Shown: positions 17,785-27,197 of the stretch, in pieces
Layout of the letters: each line of letters begins with the position of its first letter
Position numbering within the stretch: position 1 is the first letter of the stretch
Notes under the pieces: model-generated
Told to the model about the DNA's origin: nothing
Databases searched by the model: none
What the model saw: only the letters and a program-made list of their open reading frames with translations
NCBI GenBank assembly: GCA_017527675.1
Contig: JAFXPU010000008.1
Span: 8,114 to 72,113, forward strand
Direction of reading: 5' to 3'
Source: Bacilli bacterium
Lineage (GTDB): Bacteria; Bacillota_I; Bacilli_A; RF39; UBA660
Length of the DNA: 64,000 bases
Translations under genes and position numbers: made by a program

Positions 17785-18906
17785 TTAATTTACTTCAAGA
17801 TAATATTTTAAATCATCAACATTAGTGCTATCAATTATAACTTTACGTGGTAATAAAAAATCATTATTACCTCTTCTAACACTAACATTTTCTCCAATAA
17901 AGGCTTCTTTAAAACCTAATTCTTTTAATGCTTCAATAAAGTTATCATTATAGTAATAACATGGATAAGCAAAGATTTTATGACTATTTACAATATCAAT
18001 CGATTTTTGCATATCAGCTTTTATTTCTTCAACTGACATATATCTAGCTTTATAAGTACATGCACCACCATCGTGAATAGCATCAGTATGTGATTCGATT
18101 TCTAAGTTTGGTGATATGTAATCATGAATATCCCAAAAACTAGTTATTAAAAATAAAGTAGCATGCATATCATATTTTTCTAAAAGAGGAATTAAATAAT
18201 TACCATTAATACGACTAGTACCAGCACCACCATCATCAAAGGTTATTAAAACAGATTTTTTAGGTAAGTCTATTTTACCTTCTTTCCAATCAATAAATTC
18301 TTGAACTGTTAGGGTTTTGTAACCATTTTCTTTCATATATATTAGATGTTGTTCAAACATTTCGGGACTTAAACATATTATTTCATTACAGTTTAAAAAA
18401 TGATAATTTAATACAGGAACTTTAGTAGCTGTTTCACTATAATCAAATTCTTCAGCAAATGATTTACCATCAATTATTTCTTTATATTTATCAGCTAACA
18501 TATTATCTTTAATTAAGTAAATAGGTTCATTATCAGCTGTATCATCCTTAGTAGCAGCTTTATTAAAATCTATATAACGTACATCAAAATTTTCAAAATA
18601 ATTTATTTGATAATTATAGGTTTTTAAAATATTATCTAAATTTTCACTTTTGTTTTCTACAATTATTAAAACACTTTTGTCATTTATTTCTTTTTCATTG
18701 TTTTGCCATTTTAAAAAATCTTCTAAAGTAATTGTTTCATAATTCATACTTTTTAAATACATTAATTGCATATTAAATAAACTTTCTGAGGTGCATGTTT
18801 CAGTTTCACAATTACCAATATTTTTATAATACATAATGCTAACTGAGTCCTTAGCTTTAACATTTAAAGGTAATAACAATAGTAAAAGCAATAACCATTT
18901 TTTCAT
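17785..18906 (-). CDS. Secreted polysaccharide deacetylase (NodB-type) family protein
   Basis: Signal peptide MKKWLLLLLLLLPLNVKA, NodB motif VLITFDDGG, and ESHTDAIH. The ATG at 18906 follows GGAGG. Confidence 0.7.
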   Translation of the reverse strand: MKKWLLLLLLLLPLNVKAKDSVSIMYYKNIGNCETETCTSESLFNMQLMYLKSMNYETITLEDFLKWQNNEKEINDKSVLIIVENKSENLDNILKTYNYQINYFENFDVRYIDFNKAATKDDTADNEPIYLIKDNMLADKYKEIIDGKSFAEEFDYSETATKVPVLNYHFLNCNEIICLSPEMFEQHLIYMKENGYKTLTVQEFIDWKEGKIDLPKKSVLITFDDGGAGTSRINGNYLIPLLEKYDMHATLFLITSFWDIHDYISPNLEIESHTDAIHDGGACTYKARYMSVEEIKADMQKSIDIVNSHKIFAYPCYYYNDNFIEALKELGFKEAFIGENVSVRRGNNDFLLPRKVIIDSTNVDDLKYYLEVN

Positions 18907-19012
18907 TTTTTCCTCCCTAATTATTTTAACTATGTTCATTATATCAAAAAAGTATAAACTTGTAAAAAAATGTTAAAAGTATTATAATCAATTATAGTAG
19001 GGAAGGTGAATT

Positions 19013-20842
19013 ATGGAAAATAATGATAAAATAGTAGAAGAAAATGTTCAACTTGTTGAAGAGTCAGTTGATGCTGCTGATACTAATTCAGAAGCAACAT
19101 CTGAGGTTGTAAGTGATACAATTAATCAAGAAGAAGTTGTAACACCAATTGTAACTGATAAACCAGTTAAAAGAAGAAAAAAAGATATAATTGGTTATAA
19201 TCCAGAAACAGGAGAACCAATTTATAAGGAAATTGTACCAGGTAGTGAACCACCAAAGAAGTCTAAAAAAGGATTGGTTATTACTCTTATTTCTTTGCTT
19301 TTAATCGCTGGTATTGTTGTAGGTGTTATACTATTACTAAATGGTAATGGTGATAAAAAAGAAACTAAAGATAATAAAGAGAAAGAAAAACCAACTGAAC
19401 AAAAACCAGATAAACCAGAAAAACCAGAAGTATTAAGTGAATATAAGTTACTAGCAAGTGATGTTAGTGAATATGATTTATTCTTTTTAAAAACAGAAAA
19501 TAAAGAAAAGAATATGATTTATAGCCCACTATCAATTAAGTATGCCTTAATTATGTTAAATGAAGGTACTGATGGTGATTCGCATGATCAAATTAAAAGT
19601 GTGGTTGGTGATTACGCTCCTAAAAAGTATGCTAATAGTTCTAATATGTCATTTGCTAATGCTTTATTTATAAATAATAAATATAAAGATGATATAAAAA
19701 AGGATTATCAAAATACTTTAAAAAGTAAATACAATGCAGAATTAATCTATGATGATTTTAGTGGACCATCTACAATAAATAGTTGGGTTAAAGAAAAAAC
19801 TTTAGATTTAATTGAGAATTTATTAGATGGTTTAGATAAAAATGAAGTATTTGTTTTAGTTAATGCTTTAGGTATTGATATGGAATGGAATAAGTATTTC
19901 CATGATAAAACAAAAGATTGGTATATAAGATATCCTCATTTAAAATTCTATCCAAAACCTGTATATAGTATTGCAGGTGGTTATCCTTCAACACAATTTA
20001 ATGATGTTAAAGATAAATCATTCTTTGCCGTTGATTTTGTTGGTGTTGTTGATAACTATGATGTTATTGCTGATATTGGTGAAGATAATATCCGTAAAAC
20101 AGTAGGTGAAAAATATAAAAAATGGTTAGAAGATGGGGCATGTGGTAGTCCAGAATCAGAACCATCAGTAGAAGAATATTTGGATAAATATATCAATGAA
20201 ATTAAAACTGGCGTTAATGAAACAAAGATGTCTACAGATTTTAAAATTTATAATGATGATAGTGTTAAAGCATTCTCTAAGGAATTAAAAGAATATAATG
20301 GAACGACTTTAGAGTATATAGCTATTATGCCAAATAAAGAAAAATTAAGTGATTATGTTAAAAATGTTAAGGCTGAAGATATTAATAAAATTATTGAAGG
20401 TTTAAAAGAAATAAATAATGATAATTTTGCTAAAGATAAAATTACATATATTTATGGTTCTTTACCAATATTTGAATATGAATATGAGTTAGACTTAATT
20501 AATGATTTAAATAAACTAGGTATAACAGATATATTTGATGATACAAAAGCAGATTTATCAAAGATTTCTAAAATGAAAGGATTATTTATTGATACTGCTG
20601 TTCATAAAGCAACTATATCTTTCTCAAATGAAGGTATTAAAGCTGCTGCAGCTACAGCCTTAGGTGGTAAAGGTGCTGCTGGTTGTGAATTTGATTATTT
20701 CTATGAACCACCAATTGAAGAAATTGATATGACTTTTGATAAACCATTTATTTATATGATTGTTGATAAAGATACAAAAGAAGTATGGTTTATGGGTACA
20801 GTATATGAACCAAAAGAATATGAATATCATTATAATTATTAA
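19013..20842 (+). CDS. Serpin-family protein with a long N-terminal acidic/Pro-rich region and one TM anchor
   Basis: Serpin core begins IYSPLSIKYALIMLNEGTDGDS. The hinge/RCL is NEGIKAAAATALGGKGAAG and the C-terminal motif is FDKPFIYMIVDKDTKEVWFMGTVYEP. TM segment GLVITLISLLLIAGIVVGVILLL. Confidence 0.8.
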   Translation: MENNDKIVEENVQLVEESVDAADTNSEATSEVVSDTINQEEVVTPIVTDKPVKRRKKDIIGYNPETGEPIYKEIVPGSEPPKKSKKGLVITLISLLLIAGIVVGVILLLNGNGDKKETKDNKEKEKPTEQKPDKPEKPEVLSEYKLLASDVSEYDLFFLKTENKEKNMIYSPLSIKYALIMLNEGTDGDSHDQIKSVVGDYAPKKYANSSNMSFANALFINNKYKDDIKKDYQNTLKSKYNAELIYDDFSGPSTINSWVKEKTLDLIENLLDGLDKNEVFVLVNALGIDMEWNKYFHDKTKDWYIRYPHLKFYPKPVYSIAGGYPSTQFNDVKDKSFFAVDFVGVVDNYDVIADIGEDNIRKTVGEKYKKWLEDGACGSPESEPSVEEYLDKYINEIKTGVNETKMSTDFKIYNDDSVKAFSKELKEYNGTTLEYIAIMPNKEKLSDYVKNVKAEDINKIIEGLKEINNDNFAKDKITYIYGSLPIFEYEYELDLINDLNKLGITDIFDDTKADLSKISKMKGLFIDTAVHKATISFSNEGIKAAAATALGGKGAAGCEFDYFYEPPIEEIDMTFDKPFIYMIVDKDTKEVWFMGTVYEPKEYEYHYNY

Positions 20843-20862
20843 GATGTTTAAAGGGGATTAAT

Positions 20863-21204
20863 ATGAAAAAAATAGTTTTAAGTTTAGTTGTTGTTTTATC
20901 AGTTGTATTATTAGTAGGATGTGGAAAAAAGAATGATCAACTAATTGGATCTTGGAAAGGTGAAACTGAAGATGGTTTAGTTACAACATTTACTTTTGAA
21001 AAAGATAATAAAGTAAAATATGATAATGAATATGGTTTTTCATCAGAAGGTACTTATAAAAAAGAAGATAAATATATTTATATTAATTTAGAATCATGGA
21101 CTGAAGAAAAAAAATATGAATATACTCTAAAAGATGATAAATTAGATTTAAAAGCAACTGATCTTTATTCACCAAGTTATAAAGGAATGAAGAAACAAAA
21201 ATAA
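20863..21204 (+). CDS. Small lipoprotein
   Basis: Signal peptide plus lipobox LLVGCG. Confidence 0.6.
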   Translation: MKKIVLSLVVVLSVVLLVGCGKKNDQLIGSWKGETEDGLVTTFTFEKDNKVKYDNEYGFSSEGTYKKEDKYIYINLESWTEEKKYEYTLKDDKLDLKATDLYSPSYKGMKKQK

Positions 21205-21230
21205 AAATCGAATTAAATTCGATTTTTTTT
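21204..21230 (+). terminator. Rho-independent terminator
   Basis: Stem atcgaat/attcgat flanked by an A-run and a T-run. Confidence 0.7.
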
Positions 21231-21235
21231 ATTTA

Positions 21236-21309
21236 TGGTGCTGAATGACTGAATTGAACAGTCCTCTAAAGCTTACCATGCTTTTGTTTTACCACTAAAC
21301 TAAATCAGC
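21236..21309 (-). tRNA. tRNA-Thr (anticodon GGU), CCA encoded
   Basis: Reverse complement folds as GCTGATT-TA-GTTT-AGTGGTA-AAAC-A-AAAGC-ATGGTAA-GCTTT-AGAG-GACTG-TTCAATT-CAGTC-ATTCAGC-ACCA. There is one T:T mismatch in the acceptor stem. Confidence 0.75.
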
Positions 21310-21353
21310 AATTAAAGAAAAACTCAAACAATTTTGTTTGAGTTATTTTTAAA

Positions 21354-21430
21354 TGGTGTCCCAGAAGGGATTCGAACCCCTGACACCCGCCTTAGAAGGG
21401 CGGTGCTCTATCCAGCTGAGCTACTGAGAC
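21354..21430 (-). tRNA. tRNA-Arg (anticodon UCU), CCA encoded
   Basis: Reverse complement is GTCTCAG-TA-GCTC-AGCTGGATA-GAGC-A-CCGCC-CTTCTAA-GGCGG-GTGTC-AGGGG-TTCGAAT-CCCTT-CTGGGAC-ACCA. Confidence 0.85.
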
Positions 21431-21474
21431 GTCTTGCTCTTTTAAAAGGACAAGACAATTATACAATATTATTT

Positions 21475-22419
21475 TTAATTATTCAAGACTTTATCTTTAT
21501 TTTTATAAATTTCTTTACCATTAACTTTAAATATTACATCATTAATATTATAGTTATCATGGATAGATAAATTAATTGTTTCTAAAACTTCATCAAGTAT
21601 TTCCAAATTATCATAATCATTTAAAATATATTCATTAAAATCTAATAGCATATTATTATCTTTTATTTCACTACTAACAAGTTTAGTATTGTAATTTAAA
21701 TAACTATTTAAGGTATTATTATCTTTTAATTCTTCAATAATAATATTTATTTTATCACTGGTATCATTATTTATTTTGGTAACGGGTATGTAATATTCAT
21801 TATTATTAAAACTGTTTAAATAATATATTGTTGTTTTAGTAATATTTTTGGTTTTCTTTAAATTGTATTCTTTGTTTATACCATATTCACGTGTTAGAGG
21901 AGATGGTATATTTATCTTGTTTTTAGGTAAATAGTTTAAAATAACGCCATTAATATATATTAAGACTTTATTAATATTTTCAATAGAAGTTAAATTATAA
22001 ATAATTGCTTCAATGGTTTTTTCTTCTAAATTTTTTTTAGTATCTAGCAAGTAATCATTAAAATCTATTTTAATTAAATCATCTATTATCTCTATACTAT
22101 TTATTTTAGTATTTTCATTTAAAAAGGCTTTAAAACCACTTGGTAATTTATCTTCATTAGGAGAATTAATAATTAAATCTTCTATTAATTCTTTAGCTAG
22201 TTTTTCTTCTTCTTTTTCTTTAACAATTATTTCGGTTTTAGCAAGATAATTATTATTATCAAGTAAAAAGATGTCATGCATAATCAAATCTTGATTAACA
22301 TATTCAACAATATAGTCATATTCTTTATCCTTCTGATTAGGAATTAAATACATTAAAAAAAGTAGTAGTAAGGCAAATGATGAGAGAATAATTTTTTTTA
22401 CAGATCTTCTAAGTAACAT
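21475..22419 (-). CDS. gerM: GerM-like protein (two GerMN-like halves, N-terminal anchor)
   Basis: Two halves fit the GerMN pattern (...IYYLNSFNNNEYYIPVTKIN....IIIEELKD...LNSYL...TKLVSSEIKDNNMLLDFNEYI). The neighbours are gerE and a spoIIIAH-like gene. Confidence 0.5.
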   Translation of the reverse strand: MLLRRSVKKIILSSFALLLLFLMYLIPNQKDKEYDYIVEYVNQDLIMHDIFLLDNNNYLAKTEIIVKEKEEEKLAKELIEDLIINSPNEDKLPSGFKAFLNENTKINSIEIIDDLIKIDFNDYLLDTKKNLEEKTIEAIIYNLTSIENINKVLIYINGVILNYLPKNKINIPSPLTREYGINKEYNLKKTKNITKTTIYYLNSFNNNEYYIPVTKINNDTSDKINIIIEELKDNNTLNSYLNYNTKLVSSEIKDNNMLLDFNEYILNDYDNLEILDEVLETINLSIHDNYNINDVIFKVNGKEIYKNKDKVLNN

Positions 22420-22465
22420 AAAATCACCTAATTAAATATATGAAAAAAATGCATATAAATGCATT

Positions 22466-22672
22466 TTATAATGAAATTTCTCCTAGTCTTATAAATTCTA
22501 TAACCGCTTGAGCACGTCCTTTAACACCTATTTTTTGAATAGCATTAGATATGTGGTTTCTAACTGTTTTATCACTAATATTTAAAATATCAGCTATTTC
22601 TTTAGTAGTTTTACCAGCAACTAATAAATCAAAGACTTCTTTTTCTCTTTTTGTTAGGATATTTTTCAACAT
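22466..22672 (-). CDS. gerE: GerE, LuxR-type HTH sporulation transcription regulator
   Basis: LTKREKEVFDLLVAGKTTKEIADILNISDKTVRNHISNAIQKIGVKGRAQAVIEFIRLGEISL is near-colinear with B. subtilis GerE as I recall it. Confidence 0.85.
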   Translation of the reverse strand: MLKNILTKREKEVFDLLVAGKTTKEIADILNISDKTVRNHISNAIQKIGVKGRAQAVIEFIRLGEISL

Positions 22673-22713
22673 CGTCCCTCACTTTCTTTAAGGGTGGTTT
22701 TATAATCTCATAA

Positions 22714-22740
22714 TATTTTATGAAGAATATAAAAATAGGT
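22714..22740 (-). promoter_or_regulatory. Candidate sigma-K-type promoter for gerE
   Basis: On the minus strand: AC, 16 nt, CATAAAATA (consensus AC-16/17-CATAnnnTA), about 40 nt upstream of the gerE start. Confidence 0.3.
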
Positions 22741-22762
22741 GTAAAAAAAATAACTAGATTAG

Positions 22763-23248
22763 TTATTTTTGAAATTTAACAGTTATATTTTTTTTAATTT
22801 CATAGTTTTCTTGAATTAAACGCATAATGTTATTAGCAATTTCGTTACTATTATCATCACTTTTAACAGTAACACTAATATCATTGCCATCTATTTTAAC
22901 TATACTATTATATTTATATTTCGTTTTAATCTTATCTTCTAAAGTATTTTCTTCACTTCTAACTTTATTTAACTGTTGTATTCTTTCAAAAGCATTATTT
23001 TTGTCTTCAATAGTGGCATCTGAATTACTAATTATTTTTTTTAAGGAATCTATTTCTTCATCAATAGCAGTATTTTTGGAAACTCTAAGAGCAAGCAAGG
23101 AATCGCTTTCTTCAACTTTAACAGTAGGTAATACTTTATCCTTTTCTTTAGTAATTAATAGTTCAGTTGGCATTGTAATATAATATATACTTAATACAAG
23201 TACTAAACTAAATAATGTAACAAACCATACACCATTTTTATTTATCAT
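22763..23248 (-). CDS. spoIIIAH: SpoIIIAH-like protein
   Basis: N-terminus KNGVWFVTLFSLVLVLSIYYI resembles the SpoIIIAH anchor, followed by a coiled/charged region. RBS AAGGAGG. Confidence 0.55.
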   Translation of the reverse strand: MINKNGVWFVTLFSLVLVLSIYYITMPTELLITKEKDKVLPTVKVEESDSLLALRVSKNTAIDEEIDSLKKIISNSDATIEDKNNAFERIQQLNKVRSEENTLEDKIKTKYKYNSIVKIDGNDISVTVKSDDNSNEIANNIMRLIQENYEIKKNITVKFQK

Positions 23249-23368
23249 TTTAACTCCTCCTTAATTTCTAATTAATAATATTCTAATAAGTCAAATATAT
23301 GTCTAAATATTTAAAAAAGATTTAAATAAGTTTTTTTTTGTGGTAAAATTATAATCGGAGATGATAAG

Positions 23369-24601
23369 ATGAAAATAAAGAATATACATGCTCGTGAAGT
23401 ATTAGATTCACGTGGAAATCCAACTGTTGAGGTTGATTGTTTACTTGGGAATGGTATCTTAGGACGTGCTATTGTTCCATCAGGTGCTTCAACTGGTGAA
23501 AGAGAGGCTTTAGAACTAAGAGATAATGATGATAGATTTTTAGGAAAAGGTGTTTTAAAAGCTGTTAATAATGTTAATACTATTATAGCTCCAAAGATTA
23601 TTGGTTACGATGCTAATAACCAAGAGGAAATTGATAATAAATTACTTGAAATAGATGGTACAGAAAATAAAACTAATTTAGGTGCTAATGCTACTTTAGG
23701 TGTTTCTTTAGCAGTATTAAAAGCAGCTGCTTTAGATAATAAAATGCCACTTTATAGATATGTTGGTAATGGTAAAACTTTACCTCGCCCAATGATGAAT
23801 ATTATAAATGGTGGAGCTCATGCTGATAATAAATTAGATTTCCAAGAATACATGATTATTCCTGTTCGTGATACAATTCACGAAAGAATTCGTGTAGGTG
23901 CTGAAGTATTCCATAATCTTAAAAAAGTTTTAAAAGGAAAAGGATTAGTTACGTCAGTTGGTGATGAAGGAGGATTTGCACCAGATTTAAATTCTAATGC
24001 TGAAGGATTTGAACTTATCTGTGAAGCAATTAAAAAAGCAGGTTATGAACCAGGTGTTGATGTTAATATAGCAATTGATGTTGCAGCATCTGAATTCTAC
24101 AATAAAGATACTGGTTTATATGAACTTGTTGGAGAAGGTAGAAATTTAACTACTGATGAATTAATTGAATACTATAAAGAATTAGTAACTAAGTATCCAA
24201 TTATTTCTATTGAAGATCCTGTAGATGAAAATGATTGGGAAGGATTTACAAAAATTACGGCTGAATTAGGAGATAAAATTCAATTAGTTGGTGATGATTT
24301 ATTCGTAACGAACATTAAATGTTTAAGTAAAGGAATTGAATTACATGCTGGTAATGCCATTTTACTTAAATTAAATCAAATTGGTACATATACAGAAACT
24401 TTAAAAACAATTAATCTTGCTAAAGAAGCTGGTTATAAAACTATTATTTCTCATCGTAGTGGTGAATCAGAAGATACTACTATTGCTGATTTAGCAGTTG
24501 GTTTAGATTTAGGACAAATTAAGACTGGTTCAATGTCACGTACAGATAGAATTTGTAAATACAATCAATTGATGCGTATTGAGGAGGAATTAAATGATTA
24601 A
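23369..24601 (+). CDS. eno: Enolase
   Basis: [57 protein letters not shown]. Confidence 0.95.
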   Translation: MKIKNIHAREVLDSRGNPTVEVDCLLGNGILGRAIVPSGASTGEREALELRDNDDRFLGKGVLKAVNNVNTIIAPKIIGYDANNQEEIDNKLLEIDGTENKTNLGANATLGVSLAVLKAAALDNKMPLYRYVGNGKTLPRPMMNIINGGAHADNKLDFQEYMIIPVRDTIHERIRVGAEVFHNLKKVLKGKGLVTSVGDEGGFAPDLNSNAEGFELICEAIKKAGYEPGVDVNIAIDVAASEFYNKDTGLYELVGEGRNLTTDELIEYYKELVTKYPIISIEDPVDENDWEGFTKITAELGDKIQLVGDDLFVTNIKCLSKGIELHAGNAILLKLNQIGTYTETLKTINLAKEAGYKTIISHRSGESEDTTIADLAVGLDLGQIKTGSMSRTDRICKYNQLMRIEEELND

Positions 24602-24743
24602 TAAAAAGAAGATGAAGAATCCTCTTCCTAAAATTATTTTAATTGCTGCTATTATAGCTTTTCTTGTAATCTTTGTTGCACCTAAGGTATATGATATATT
24701 TAAAGATAATATTAATGATGTAGGTAATAGATCTAGTAAGTAA
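24594..24743 (+). CDS. 49-aa single-TM small protein overlapping the eno stop (not in the track)
   Basis: ATG 24594 follows GAGGAGGAAT, which lies inside the eno 3' end. Product [50 protein letters not shown] hairpin agtcac/gtgact plus T-run lies at about 24778-24800. Confidence 0.4.
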   Translation: MINKKKMKNPLPKIILIAAIIAFLVIFVAPKVYDIFKDNINDVGNRSSK

Positions 24744-24857
24744 TTATTAATATGTCAAAGAAGTGTAAGAAATAAAGAGTCACTATGTGACTTTTTTATT
24801 TTTAAGAAAAAAAATAATTTAATTTATGGTATAATATGGTTAGTATTGGAGGTCAAT

Positions 24858-27149
24858 ATGGCAAAGACTAAAAAGAGAAAAGATACGAATAAAAAGAATA
24901 TTGGCGGTATGATAGAATTAAAAGGTATAGGACTTGTTTTATTAGCTATTATTGGTTGTTGCCCATTTGGTATTGTAGCTAAATTAATTAAAGGTTTTGC
25001 AGTATTCCTAGTTGGTGCTTGGTGGGCTGTTTTACTTTTAATGATTGGTGCTATCGGTATTTATATGATAGCTAAAAGAGAAGTACCTCGTCTTTTAAAT
25101 GCTAAGTATATTGGTTTATATATTATGATACTTGCTGTTTTGGTTTTAACACATACAGGATATATTAAAGGCGTTGAAGGTATCAATGTTGACAAATTTG
25201 ATTTCTTTAAAGACATGCCTAAAGTTATGGATGAAACAACAAAAAGTATTATGACTTTTGTTAATAATAATTATGATACAGGTAGTTTTTTTGATACAGC
25301 CACTGGTGGCGGTTTAATTGGAGCTTTCTTTGCCTCATTATTTACGGCTCTATTAACTTTAGATGGCACTTTAGTTGTAGCAGTTGCATTATTTATATGT
25401 GGCTTTATTCTATATACAGGTATTTCTATTTATGATATTTTTAGAAATACTAAAGAAGGTATTAAAAAAGCCGTTAAACATGATAATGAAAAAATTAGAC
25501 CAACAAAGAATGAAAAAGAAAAAGAATTTAAAATTATTAATAACATTTTTGATAATGAATCAGAAGATAATAATGAAGAAGAGTTAGAAGATACAAGAAG
25601 AATTGTAACAAGAGAAGAATTACATCAGCAAAATGAAGTAAAAGAAGAAGTAAAAGAAGAAAAAGAAGAAATAGTAGTAACTGAAGCAGATGATCCAACA
25701 CCTAGTGATTGGAAATATCCACCACTTTCTTTATTAAATAAAAATTCTAAAGTTAATAGTCGTGAGAATAATGAAGCTATTAAAAATAATGTGCCAATTA
25801 TTATGCAGGTATTAAAAGACTTTGGCATTGATGCTAAAGTAGTTGCTGCACATGTTGGCCCATCTGTTACTCAATATGAACTTGAAATGAAAGCAGGAAC
25901 ACGTGTTAATAAAATTTTAGGTTTAAATCGTGAAATAGCTTTAGCTTTAGCTGCTAAAGATGTTCGTATTCAAGCACCAATTCCTGGTAAAAGTACTGTT
26001 GGTATAGAACTACCTAATAAAGTAATATCTCCAGTTTTAGTTCGTGAAGTATTAGCTGCTGTACCAGAAAGTTTAAATGATAGTCATTTGCTAGCAGTTT
26101 TAGGTAAAGATATTAACGGTGATCCTAAATGGATGGAAATTAATAAAACACCACACTTGCTTGTTGCTGGTTCTACTGGTTCAGGTAAATCAGTATGTAT
26201 TAACTCTATTTTAGCATCACTTATTATGCGCAACAAACCAGATGAAGTTAAATTAGTTTTAGTTGATCCAAAGAAAGTTGAACTTTCTATGTATAATGGT
26301 GTACCACATTTACTTGCTCCTGTTGTAACTGATCCTAAAAAAGCTAATATAGCTTTAAAGAAAATTGTTTCAGAAATGGAAAGACGTTATGACGTATTTG
26401 AAGCTAGTGGTACTAAAAATATTATCAGTTATAATGAATATTTAAAGAAGAAAAACGAATCATTACCTGATGAAGAAAAAGTTAAATTAATGCCTTATAT
26501 TGTAGTTGTCATTGATGAGTTAGCTGACTTAATGTTAGTAGCAGCTAAAGAGGTAGAAGATTCAATTATGCGTATTACGCAAATGGCACGTGCTGCAGGT
26601 ATTCACTTAATTGTTGCAACTCAAAGACCATCTACAGATGTTATTACAGGTGTTGTAAAAGCTAATATTCCATCACGTATATCATTTGCAGTATCATCTG
26701 GTATTGATTCACGTACTATTTTGGATATGGTTGGTGCTGAAAAACTTCTTGGTAAAGGTGATATGTTATATTTACCACAGGGAGAGAATACCCCAATACG
26801 TATTCAAGGTACATTCATTTCAGAAGAAGAAACACATGCCATTGTTAATTATGTTTGTAAACAGCAAAAGGCTCGTTATGATGAAACGTTAACAATGTCT
26901 GATGAAGAAGCACATGCAACTACTGGGGTAGATGAACATGATGCCACTGAAGAACCTTTATATAATGAAATAGTAGATTTCGTTGTTGAACAAGGTAAAG
27001 CATCTACATCTTTACTTCAAAGAAGATTTAGATTAGGTTATAATCGTGCTGCTCGTTGTATAGATTTACTTGAAGAAAGAGGTATAGTTGGACCACAAAA
27101 TGGTTCTAAACCTCGTGAAGTTTTAATAAAATACGATAGCGAAGATTAA
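24858..27149 (+). CDS. ftsK: DNA translocase FtsK/SpoIIIE
   Basis: N-terminal TM domain, acidic linker, Walker A GSTGSGKS, Walker B VVVIDELADL, and a C-terminal winged-helix gamma domain (LLQRRFRLGYNRAARCIDLLEERGIVG). ATG 24858 follows GGAGG. Confidence 0.95.
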   Translation: MAKTKKRKDTNKKNIGGMIELKGIGLVLLAIIGCCPFGIVAKLIKGFAVFLVGAWWAVLLLMIGAIGIYMIAKREVPRLLNAKYIGLYIMILAVLVLTHTGYIKGVEGINVDKFDFFKDMPKVMDETTKSIMTFVNNNYDTGSFFDTATGGGLIGAFFASLFTALLTLDGTLVVAVALFICGFILYTGISIYDIFRNTKEGIKKAVKHDNEKIRPTKNEKEKEFKIINNIFDNESEDNNEEELEDTRRIVTREELHQQNEVKEEVKEEKEEIVVTEADDPTPSDWKYPPLSLLNKNSKVNSRENNEAIKNNVPIIMQVLKDFGIDAKVVAAHVGPSVTQYELEMKAGTRVNKILGLNREIALALAAKDVRIQAPIPGKSTVGIELPNKVISPVLVREVLAAVPESLNDSHLLAVLGKDINGDPKWMEINKTPHLLVAGSTGSGKSVCINSILASLIMRNKPDEVKLVLVDPKKVELSMYNGVPHLLAPVVTDPKKANIALKKIVSEMERRYDVFEASGTKNIISYNEYLKKKNESLPDEEKVKLMPYIVVVIDELADLMLVAAKEVEDSIMRITQMARAAGIHLIVATQRPSTDVITGVVKANIPSRISFAVSSGIDSRTILDMVGAEKLLGKGDMLYLPQGENTPIRIQGTFISEEETHAIVNYVCKQQKARYDETLTMSDEEAHATTGVDEHDATEEPLYNEIVDFVVEQGKASTSLLQRRFRLGYNRAARCIDLLEERGIVGPQNGSKPREVLIKYDSED

Positions 27150-27197
27150 ACGACAAAATTCGCCAATTGAGTTTGTTAAGATAGTAATGGTGATAAA

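Noticed and set aside
21310-21353. Hairpin aactcaaaca/tgtttgagtt between tRNA-Arg and tRNA-Thr
   Set aside because: It is probably just a processing or terminator-like stem within the tRNA transcription unit. There is no further evidence for a distinct element.
21334-21570. 78-aa plus-strand ORF from the track
   Set aside because: It is the antisense read-through of tRNA-Arg(UCU) (21354-21430) and the 3' end of the gerM-like gene. It has no RBS, so it is spurious.
22827-23183. 118-aa ORF antisense to the spoIIIAH-like gene, plus the other short antisense or out-of-frame ORFs in the track (3312-3503, 25384-25587, 25625-25828, 26686-26892, 30820-31017, 37796-37990, 41599-41829, 42760-42966, 47504-47725, 50424-50618, 51011-51406, 53460-53696, 57708-57893, 59381-59566, 61108-61302, 61805-61993)
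   Set aside because: All are nested inside well-supported genes, have low-complexity Leu/Ile/Phe/Ser-rich translations typical of AT-rich antisense frames, and lack RBSs.
23369-24601. Enolase appears about 20 aa shorter than typical
   Set aside because: All hallmark motifs are present and the C-terminus ends in the usual ...[10 protein letters not shown] region. The short tail is within normal variation.
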